This document shows, in pieces, positions 41,171-52,652 of a DNA stretch of 64,000 nucleotides (position 1 is its first letter; every line of letters starts with the position of its first letter). The notes under the pieces were generated by a model, which worked only from the letters and a program-made list of their open reading frames with translations, was not told the origin of the DNA and searched no databases. The position numbers and the translations under genes are program-made. Origin of the DNA: Aplysia californica. Lineage: Eukaryota. Location of the stretch: contig NW_004797366.1 in assembly GCF_000002075.1 (NCBI RefSeq), positions 936,554 to 1,000,553 on the forward strand. The letters are read 5' to 3'.

Positions 41171-42942
41171 ATTGGCGACAGAATTTTAAATTCAATCAAA
41201 TCAAACTCGTAACTTTTGAAGTGACTTTTTGTGGGCTGAAGTGCAGTCGCTGAATAGGTCACTGAGTCGTGAATTCTGATGATTTGCAACAACAAACAAC
41301 ACTGCTTGCCGCGTACATCTCAATGTTTTGTACCGCTTTGATGCTCTTCCGGCTCGCTGGGCTCAACGCTCTCCTCAAGACTCTGGCAAAACCAAGCCAT
41401 CCTGGCAAGTGGGGCACGTTCCTTTGATTTTGCCAGGCCTTGCCCGCTTTCCACAAATTTCAAGTCAAAATCCCTCAGGAATCGTAACAAATTGATCTGT
41501 CTTCTTTCGGCGATGTCCAAATCTTGGAGTAACTATTGTCCAAATTTTCTTGCAGCTGACATTCCCTTGGCCTTAAATGTGTCAAAAAGAGCTTGTCCGA
41601 TTTTTTTCTGATCGTTCTATACCTGACTCTGACTCATAATTTGAGTTTTTGGTAAGAAAGGAGAAAGTTGAGCCATTTAAATTACCAGCCAAAGCACGCA
41701 TAATAATAATAACCACTGGGTGCCCAATTCGACAGTTTAGATGCAGTTTAGAATTTAATTTGTAGGCCCCTACAGAGAAAGGAAGGAGGTATAGTGAATC
41801 TGGAAGGGATTGAGCTTCAAGGAAGAACAGAAGAGAACAGTGACCAGCAATATCAAATAAATAATTAAAAAAGAACTATTAACAATTACGACTCCTTGCA
41901 TAGCGGAGATGGGGCGGTCCGGTTCGAATTGGGGGGGGGGGGGGGGGGGGGGGGGCGCCGCCTCTAGTTTCTATTTGCCGGTCTACCACGATATTTCTGT
42001 AGCACAATTAAATAATTGACGGTCTACAAGTAATTTTATATGTATGTAGGCCTTACTGCTTTACAAATATCACTGGCCGCATTAAAAATGCTTAATGGTC
42101 CCCAGAAAAGAACCGTGTTGATGTTGTGCTGGTTATATCGGTAGCTTTACTTACATCTTCCCTGTCTGTGTGTTTCCAGCCCAGCTTTGTATTGTCAACG
42201 TGATCCGCTAAGGTCACTTGCTATAGAGACTTACTTACCAAACATCTTTACCANNNNNNNNNNNNNNNNNNNNNNNNNNNNNNNNNNNNNNNNNNNNNNN
42301 NNNNNNNNNNNNNNNNNNNNNNNNNNNNNNNNNNNNNNNNNNNNNNNNNNNNNNNNNNNNNNNNNNNNNNNNNNNNNNNNNNNNNNNNNNNNNNNNNNNN
42401 NNNNNNNAAACGCCACTGCCTTTGACTTTGATCTCTAAATTAACCCATGGCACATCGTCACGTGTCGCTATACAGCCTCCACAGCGATGATCCGGTGATA
42501 GTCAGTCTATGGTAGACCCAAGGACTTTACCACCTCCTTGGGCAGACCGCCTCTATTGCGGTAGACTGTACGTGTGGTCAGTCGGGCGGGGCTTATGGTA
42601 GGCTGGTTTGTTTGACAGGTAGTCGGTAGACAATCGAGGAGTCTATATTTTTGCCCCCTGGTGATAGCACACATACGTGTACAAGTATATATATTATTAG
42701 GCCAGTACAAAAAAATGTGTATGCTATGAGTGAAAGAAGGAAATGATTGATGCTTTGCACTTTGCTTCTTTATTAAAATACTATTTTCATTGTAAATGTA
42801 GGCCTATATGTTTTACACGCCCACTGACATAATTTAGATCATTTAGGAGACAGGCTTTGACCAGGCTAGTCAGCACAGCCAACCCGGGCTGAGAGTGCAA
42901 TAAAATATCCCCACAGAAAGACGAAGAGATACTCCATAAAAA

Positions 42943-43025
42943 GTATCCCCACTCGGGAATCGAACTCAGGCCTCCTGAGTGAGCAAGCCAAGTGCCTTAT
43001 CACTACACCACAGATGGCTGACCTG
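42943..43025 (-). mobile_element. Degenerate tRNA-derived SINE head
   Basis: TGGTGTAGTGA (A-like) and GAGTTCGATTCC (B box), with no convincing cloverleaf. A similar relic lies at about 45630-45705 (+). Confidence 0.55.
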
Positions 43026-43403
43026 GAAAACAAGTTTACCAAAATAATTACAGTAGGCCTACAATCTGCGAGAAGCGCTGTTTTGGAGTTTGAGTAAAGA
43101 GAAGCATATAACGGCAAAAGGTGGATCCCCAAGGTAGATAGACACAACAAAGTAGAGAAAAGTTGTAAGAATTACCCGGGAAACCCTCCAACCACCTGCT
43201 ATATCAAATGATGTGATACCTGCAGACTGTGGGGAACCGTCAACAACACCAGATGAGACATGATTAGACATAGCGAGATCAGAAAAATGATTAGAGAAAA
43301 ACCGAGGGAAAAAATCAAGGAAGACCTAAATAATAGGCATGAAAGGGACTGCTACATCCAATGACAGAGAATTAAACGATCTGAACAAGTCTGAACATCA
43401 GGT

Positions 43404-43807
43404 TTTTAGTTTTAGTACGATTTTACTGCGCTCGCAACTGCATAAGGTCATATGAGCGCCAAGGGGTGGATGACAACAGAGAAGTCCAAACAGGGAATCA
43501 GGCTTACTCTACTTTCTCTACTCTAGCCTCAACAGCATAAAGTCTGCTTCGACTATCAAGCCCCCCCCCAGAAATAGCAGTTCACTAGAGAGTGACAAAC
43601 ATACAAAAGAAGTAGAGGAAAAATGATGACAGTAAGGATGAGGGAAGAAAAAGCAGCAGTTGCAAATATGTTGTTCCGGCACAGTACATGTATGAGAATG
43701 ACATGGATAAATCAGCCCATTTACAATTCTACTGTGCATAAGAGGAATGGCCTAAAGACAACTTCAGTCAGTACATGTAGTAGTAGCACTGCCCTGGTGG
43801 GGGGGAG
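43404..43807 (-). mobile_element. Short retroposon family D (about 400 bp), representative copy
   Basis: TSD ACATCAGGT and the same 3' tail as families A and B. Other copies at about 20342-20760, 36776-37186 and 48171-48577 (TSD AGAGTTATACAT). Confidence 0.82.
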
Positions 43808-46800
43808 ACATCAGGTGTCAAGATGTCCAAGCAAAAGATCATGGCCATGGGTTCGGTTACCAACAGAGCCAGACCTGACATTGTGTGATTGCAGTGGAGG
43901 TGAAAAACCAGCAACAGACGATTTTCTATTCGGGAGAAGATCAAGCACAATCTGCTGCACTTCACCCTGTGGAAGACTGATAAACTACGGCTCTAAGGAC
44001 CTTTCCCTTTATTAGTTACACAAGAATTATTTTTTCTATAGCTATATCCATCACATATGCTCATACGTAGTCTATGGGTGATTGGTGGGTGCTCTGGTGT
44101 GGTTTGCTCCTTCTTTCCTATCAAACATCTATCGTCTTTATCTCCCCTCCTTCTTTTTTATGTTTGTTACTCCCTTGTAATACCTCTAATCTTCGGCACT
44201 TATACCTTGTGTTGCAAGTGCCATAAAACTCTTACGAAAAAAGAAAAAAAAAACACGTAGTCCTATACATACACTTTGTTCATAAAAAGATCTGTTTTGT
44301 GTTTTAGTAATAGTTTTACGGCACTTGCAACACATTGAGGTCATATAGGTGCCGAAGATTAGAGGTGTTACAAGAGAGAAATAAACACGAAAAAGAAGGA
44401 AGGAAGATAAGGACGATAGATGTTTGATAGGGAAAGAAGAAGCAAACCACACCATAGCACCCGCCAACCACCCACATAAAAAGATCTACGGGCAACATGT
44501 CCACTAAAAGCAAGCTATCCTGATGTACAGCCTACACATTTTTGTGATGCAAGAAGTGTAGAGCATATTAAATACCAAGACAGACAAAACACACACAAAC
44601 ACACTGACAGACATAACATAATGAGCAACAAAACACACAGATAAATTGTATATATAACGTTCAAATTGTTTAATTAAAAACTCGGGACATAAACAGATGT
44701 TTACAGAATACATGTACATTATGATATAATGTAACATTACAAAGAAAAAGCGTAGAGGGTATTGTTGGTCAGACTAGGAACTGCTACAAGTACAAGAATT
44801 AGAATAGACTTAAAAAACACTATTACACAAACTGACGTGAACAACGCACATTCCATCCCACTCGCTCCAACAGGTAATTAAGGAAAATTCAAACCAGAGT
44901 TACATGGAGACATGTAATTATCATCGACCAACCAGATTTACAGCTGTTAAATATTTAATGCATGTAATACTAGTTAAGTAATAGTAATACACACATACGA
45001 ATAAAATAGTGCCCGAAATTAAAAGAAATCCCTCTGCTTTGCATGACTTTTCCAAAACAGTTGAAACAATACGCATTATGTATTATCATTCATTCAATTG
45101 TGAAACAATGACGCAGAATCATTATAATTAATATAATATATAGATTATGTAATGGGTTGTTTTTTTCAACTGACACTTAAAAGTGTACATGTAACATAAA
45201 ATTTTTGTTTTTTTACTGATGTTTTCAATGACTGAGCTCAACAACATACAGCTATTAATAATACTGTGTAGGACTCTGCAGCGTGTCCATTTCCAGGGTG
45301 GTCTCCGTGGCGTGCTCTTTTTCGTATTTTGTACACCATTTTTTTCAAGTTCCGTGTACACTCTTTCGTTCAAATTGCACACTGAAATATTATTTGAAAT
45401 TTTATTGTTCTGCTCATTTGTTCTTTGAATTTGAATATTTATTTAGATCTAACGTACTTCAATTCTCTCTCCACCCCCCCCCCCCCCCCCCCCCAAACCC
45501 CGGCAAGGCTGTTTTAAATCATGTTAAAAGTTTATAAAAGTTTCTCCATCGCCATTGTGAGTGCCGACAACTGTAAAGTCCAACAAAGAATATGGTTTCT
45601 GGTACCCTTTTAAACAATAACAAGTTGGCAAACCAGCCTCTGTGGTACAGTGGGTGGACCACCGTTGCACACAGAAAACCCAAGTTTGATTCCCATGAAG
45701 GGAAACATTTTCACCCACTATCTCGATCTTTCTGCTAGGACACTGCAGCCCAGATTGGCTCTAACTGGAACGAGTCAAAACCGGCATCCTAAAAATACAC
45801 ACCTATTCTTTGTTTTTAAAACGTGCACTTAGCAAAATTTGTACAAAATGAAAAGATTTCCATATTCCACCTATTTGGCTACGTGCATGATAGACTACTG
45901 TACAGTAAAGCAAAAACAAATCTTTTCCCACAGCTTCATTTAACAATATTCCTTTTTACACTCTACATTCAACAAAGACGCATAGTTTAGTGCTTTCATC
46001 ATATTAGGTTGTTGTTGTTGTTGTTGTTGTTATCGAACCAGCAACAGCTGGACTCTCGCCCTTCTGTCCAGTGCCATGTAGTGATAAGTGCAGGTTTGCT
46101 GCAGTTGCTGTAATGTTCCATAGAGTGTGTTGTCAATGTTAGATCTCGGAGGCAGAAGGGTACATCATGTTAGGTAACAGGGGCATCTTGTAAGACAATT
46201 CTGAGTCTTTCCTATATTTATACCCAGATTCTATCAGCATGTTAGATACAAAGGAGGGCCAAAAGTCTTCAAACAAACCAGCAACTAAATAACCAGACCT
46301 CTAGAAAATGGCCATTTACTATCATATCATTATTCTTTACAGAATTTTATCATACAACACAAGAAAATGAAATTTCTCTTTAAAAATCAAACGAGGCAAC
46401 TTGAACAAATTTTCACCAACAAGGAAAATAACTCACTAATATTGTGAGAGTAAACAAATAGAACAATATATCAATCATTTCCCTTTGCCCACATGCTTTA
46501 TTACAAGATTTTATGCAAAAATTACCTTACAGAAAACAAAACTGTACAAAAAAAATTTTTCTATTTTTTTCAAACACTGGAAACAAGTTTTCAAGAATGG
46601 TTCATTACATTCTGTACATGTATCATCGCCCGAGTACAACAACCCAGTATCCCACACAAAAACAAAATTTTACAAAAGAAGGAAATAACTTTGTCAATTC
46701 ATCTATCAATGTTTGTTAAAAATTAAGGTTGGAATGTTGCACAGGCGATGTTTATTGAGCTACATGTCTAAAAATTTGACACAAAATCCGCAATGTTACA

Positions 46801-49800
46801 TTTAGTAGAAAAAAGAAGAAAAAAAAGTGTTATTTAACAGTGTGGGTTACAGGGTTATTGTACTCAGGCGACGATATGTCATCACGTAATCAAAAGCCAA
46901 CAGGTTTATGTAGAGAAACAAACGGACATAAGGAGTTTATGTAATATGTTCCAGAGAGTTGGTGTCATCGATTTAGAAAGCAAGAGTCACAAATTATAAT
47001 TCCAAATTTTACAAACTGGTATCTGCCTAATCTTCCACTCATCGGGAGACAGAAGAACAAAAGAGGGTTCCTGCTTGGGCAGACCAGGCCTGTAGGAGGA
47101 TTTCAGGGGCCACAACTCAGCCCTGAGTGACCCATTAGCTTCCCCTGTTTATTGTATGATGACACAATGACTTGTGAGTGATACTGATGCCTGAGGGAAG
47201 ATAGACAGGTTTGTTCTTTTTTTATTTATTAAATTTAAATCAAATACATGTACAGTGCAGTCTGTCTATAATGACTTCGATATAACGACATCCTCTGTAT
47301 AGAGACACAGAGCCCAGGTCCCCATTTTTCCGTACACATCATTAGTAACTTTTGGTTGTCTCTCTATAACGACAACTCTCTACTCTATAACGATATTTTT
47401 TTCTGGTCCCAACGATGTCGTTATAGATTGGCAGCACTCTATGTATTTGTGCACACCTGAGCGATACTTTGGGTACAGTACAAGTGAGAACCAAAAATCT
47501 TTTCAATAAATTTTTACACCATGACATTGTTACAAAGATTTAACAGCACAAGAAACATAAGCAGCATCAGTCGCATCGCTGTGCAAGTGAAAGGAACAAC
47601 TGACCACAAATGGACCAGCTTTTATTTTAGACAATCAGACACTTAGACCAAGTGAAGGGGAGCAAGTGATATTGCCAATCAAAAACCAGCTAGCAATTGA
47701 TCCGCTCAGCTGAGTTCACATGCATGCTCCATGTAAGTGACATAGAGAGAGTGTAGACTTCCATTGTCTGCTAGATCTAGTCCACGCGTAGTCTTCTCCC
47801 TTCACCCCAACATTCGGCACAAAGTAGGCTATGGAAAAGCAGCCTGGTCAAGTTTATTGCCCTCAGCTCACACTGGGTTCTTATTCGGACTTCACTTTCG
47901 ACTGCTTGGTGTAAGACTCTTTTTTAGTTTTAGTAGAGGTTTTACGGCGCTCGTAAGCAGTATAAGGTCATATGAGCACCAGAAGATTAGAGGTGTTACA
48001 AGAGAGTAACAAACATAAAAAACAAAAAGGTGAGATAAATAAGGACGATAGATGTTTGTTAGGAAAGAAGAAGCAACAAACCACACCAGAGCACCTGCCA
48101 ACCATCCACGTGTAAGACTCTGCCACATGCCATTTGGAAAAAAGACATATATATGACAGAGTTATACATAGCCCCCCGGGGCAGTGCTACTGATTGAAGT
48201 GTCTTTAGGTCATTCCCAAAAGGGGGGAAATTACCATGTTCTGTTGCACAGTAGAATTGTAAATGGGCTGATTTATCAATGTCATGCTTATAACTGGGCC
48301 GGATTTGCAACAGAGAATACTGCTTTTTCTTTCCTAATCCTTACTATCGTCATTTTCCTCTACTTCTTTTGTATGTTTGTCACTCTCTTGTGACCCACTA
48401 TTTCCGGGATGCCTTTATAGCTGAAGTAGACTTTGTGCTGTTGAAGCTATAGAGGTGAGCAGAGTAAGCCCAACTCCCTGTAAGGACTTCTCTGTAGACA
48501 TCCACCCCTCGGCCCTCATATGACCTTATGCAGTTAGTTGCGAGCGGCGTAAAACCTCTACCAAAAAAAAAAAAAGAAGAGTTATACATGATACACACGA
48601 CAGACAGGTTTTTATACATGCAAACTACAGACAAATAACTCCAGTCACCTGGTCAAAACAAGTTTTTGGGCACGTCCCGTTCTTACTCATGTTCTTAGGC
48701 AAAGACCACAGTGTATTCATCTTTTTTTTGTTGAAAAATTGGGACAATAGCTGGAAGATTCAAAACACACAGCCGGACATAAAATCAAAGTCACTGGGTC
48801 ATACTGAAGGCAGTGAATTTGGCCACTACATAAGCCAAAAAAATACATCCTAGAAGAAGCTTTTAAAATATTCTTCACGAACATACAATACATTTTTATA
48901 CATTTGTTTACATTGTTTTACTTTACTCTTGGAAGAAAAAAAACAAAAAACATTAAAATTATTTTATGATGCATTTCAAAATGTATTCATGACCTGTACA
49001 TCAAAGTAAAGAAAGGAAAAGAAGGAAAAAAAAAGGAAAGGGACAAAGCAGAAAAAGAAAACGGCTCAGACAAAAGCCACCAGTCCTAATACAATACGTG
49101 ATACTTGTAAATCATTTTGTCTATTGGTGAAAAAATAAGGGGAGGCAAAACAGTCAAAGAGCATTGTAGTGAAATAAAAGACACAAGCAGTATAGTGAAG
49201 ATATATATATATAGCTTTCCTTAATTTAACACCTAAAAAAATCCCTTCAACACAAAGCTAATTCCATCAGGCAGCAGGCAATGAGAAATAGAAATGCAAT
49301 TCAGTGATACAAGACCATAGTCAAAATGGGACATTTTGGACCAAAATAACATAGTCCTCATAACTCAGATATATATATATATATATATATCTAAATTCAG
49401 TAAATAATGATCTGTGCTGCTACAGAGCTGTCTGCAGCCAACAAATGGTCCTCCAATGTTCATTTGATAGTTGAGAAAGGATATAATATATGACATACAA
49501 GAGATAAATGAAAAAGGAGATAGATTCAAAAGACAAAACAAAGAGGAGCTTATTTTAAAGGACACAGATAAGAAAGTAGATAATGCTCAAAAGAAAGACG
49601 AGAAAAGAGACGATGCTCCAGAAATACATACCAAAAAAGATGACGTTTGATTTTTTTTTTTAATTCATTTTTTAGTAAGAGTGGTATGGCGCTTGCAACA
49701 CAATAAGTTTTGAATAAGGTCATATAAGTGTCGAAGATTAGAGGTGTTAGTGTTACATTATTTACAAGAGAGTAACAAACATGAAGAAGAAGGAGAGATA

Positions 49801-52652
49801 AAGACGATAGTTGTTTGATAGGAAAAAAGGAGCAAACCACACCAGAGCACCCGCCAACCACCCATTGATGGTTGGGAGATAATCGCCAGAGGCAATGATA
49901 TTCAAGAAAAGATGATGAGAAAGGAAACAATTCTGAAGAAATAGATGAGAAAGCAGAAGGTGAATGAGAAATAGATGAGAATTGAGACGTTTCAGAATTA
50001 AATGCAAAAGGAGATGACGTTCCACAACTACACATGGTATATGAAAGGAAATGATGTTCAAGTTCAAGAGAAGGATGAGGAAAACAAAAAGACAATGTTT
50101 GAGGGATACAAATCATACATTGGCATTTCAACATGTCCCATAGAGGTCATCATAAATATGCAGAATTCTGTAGCAAATGCAAATAAAGTCTTTACAAAAT
50201 CTGAAAACTAACTGAATCAAAAAGTAAACTACGACGACAGACACATCAAAATCATGTAACAAATATGGAAGTACTAAAAATATAACGAACAGTCACTGAT
50301 GGAAGTTCTTCAGTGTGGCTTTCTAGCTCAATTCAAAATCCTAAAGCTTATAAAGCAAAACAATAGTGCACAAAATAGGCAAAACAAGAGAACACAATGA
50401 AACAAGAAAGGACGAGCTACAAATGAAATCTAATAGAAGCAAACAATGGGCATTACAGGAATGATATAATATACTATCGAGCAGAAGAAACAACAAGTTA
50501 ATGATGGGCTGAAAATCAAAATCAAATCCATAAAACAAAACTATGGCAATGATGAACCAAAAATAGAAACAACAGAACTGAGAAAGTGTGAGTGACAAAA
50601 CACAGATCTATAAAAGATAAATTTTTCAGTTCTGAGTTCTCAAAAACTACAGCTTGACAACAAGGACACCCAATACTTGACCAATTGTCATGACCAAGAC
50701 TGATGAGCCGAGGCATACATTTCAAGGACAGGAACTAAGAGATACTAGACAACCTCGTCAAACATGAGCTTCACTAAGTCTTATTGCACCCTCTAAGCCA
50801 TGTGACCATTAACGGCCTCAGTGCTTTCTTGTCGTATCTCCATTTTTTCAAACAGTGAAAACAGTTCATAACAAACAAAGAGTGAGCTTAAGAAGAGGTC
50901 CCATTTTCAATGTTTTAAATTTTTTTAAATGGAGATACGACAAGAAAGCAGTGAGGTCGCGACATGTCACCAAGTGAATAAAATTCTACATGGAAAAAGG
51001 ACACAAACAAAGAGAAATGCCTATCAGGATTGGTCGTGAAGTTACCATGACTAGAAGATAAAAGGATAGGAAACAAGGCTACCACATGCATATTTTATGG
51101 CAAACTGCAACAAAGTCAAGCTTCAGGGAGACAGAGATACATCATCTATTTCAATGAAAAAGAAAAGAATATGTGTCACAAGGAAATAGAATCAGGCGCT
51201 CGTCAATTTTTCGGCATCTGGAGTTATTAGTATCATCTTAAAGTTTATTTATTTTTTATTTTTAAAAATACACGCCTATCTTGAACAGAGAATAGAAGTC
51301 AAGATATTTGGAATTGAAGGAGTTCGGGGTCGCCTGGTTTCAGAGGTAAAAGTAGCGAGAAAATGGCTGCCAAAGTTAGGTAATTTCCAAAGCTTCAGAG
51401 TCCTTGGAAACTGAAGTGTAGATCTGCATATTCGTTTTGTGCCTTTAATCCACACAAAAATATGTTTTTAAATGGACATAAAAGGTGTTCAGCCAAAAAA
51501 ACAAAAATTACTTTAAAAATTGTCAAACCGAAGGAAAAATGCCGATATCTTCGATTTCATTATTGTGACGAGCGGCTGATTTCACCACGATGCCTCACAT
51601 AACATTTATGATGAAGATATTGATCAACAAGAAAGTTCAATGACAAAAACCCAAAGAAAAATGAAATATAATTTTGTTGTTCACATCAGCACTTGTCCTA
51701 TCATCAGATGGCTTTGAGGGATACAAAACGTAACAGCATTCTCCCATATATAAAGGAATCAAGATATTGGAAAAATACTCATGAAGGGAAAAAAATGTAG
51801 ATAGCAAAAATAAAAATAGTATTTACATGAGCACTTTATCCCACTTGGAAAAAATCTTAGAGCATTGCGCTAAATAAAACAACTAAAGTAGAAAAGTAGA
51901 CAATACACAGACACACCAAAAAAACAAAAAACCTCACTGTGCTCTCATATGACCTTACATGCAGTTGCCAGCACCATAAAAACACCCCAAAAAAAAATTC
52001 CCTGTAGTTAAAAAAGAACTACAGTATTCCTGATAGCTAAAAATTTGTTTTCAAATGAGTTTTAAAAGATTTAGAAATCTAGTATTTTCTATTTCTCTCA
52101 ATTCTTTAGTGGGCGTGTGTTTCAAGTTTCAGGGCCAAATAATGTAAAAGAACTTTCACCAAATAACTTAAGATTTTAACTTCCTGTATATTCTCCATTC
52201 AGTGGTGTTAGTGGAGGACCGCAGTTGTCTTGATGGAATTTACAGGTCAGCAATTTTTTTAAATATTGGCGGGGCATAACTGTCCATACATTTATATGAC
52301 AAAGAGTGAACAATACGCGATTCTCTTTTCAAACTATCAATGTCATGTGTGATTTACAGACACATCTAAATCTATCAAGTTGGTGTGAATTTCATAATTA
52401 ATTCAGTAATTTTGCACCAAAAAAAAAGCTTTCGTTTAAATATTCTGTGGAACAGGTCCTACCATGAGCAAAAGCGGCAAATATGCAGGGTCGTCACACT
52501 CTGACATAAAAAATAAAAATTCACACTTGAATCATGGGACACAATTATGGAACTTATTAAGAGACATTTCGAAGAGATTACCACACAGAAATGGCAGTCT
52601 TTTATGTGAACATTTAAATAAACAGACTTCTCCTCAACAAACATGGGCCATC

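Noticed and set aside
50690-50730. CTGATGAGCCGAGGC as a hammerhead ribozyme core (also CTGATGAG at about 37997)
   Set aside because: The required GAAA after stem II is absent and stems I and III could not be formed.
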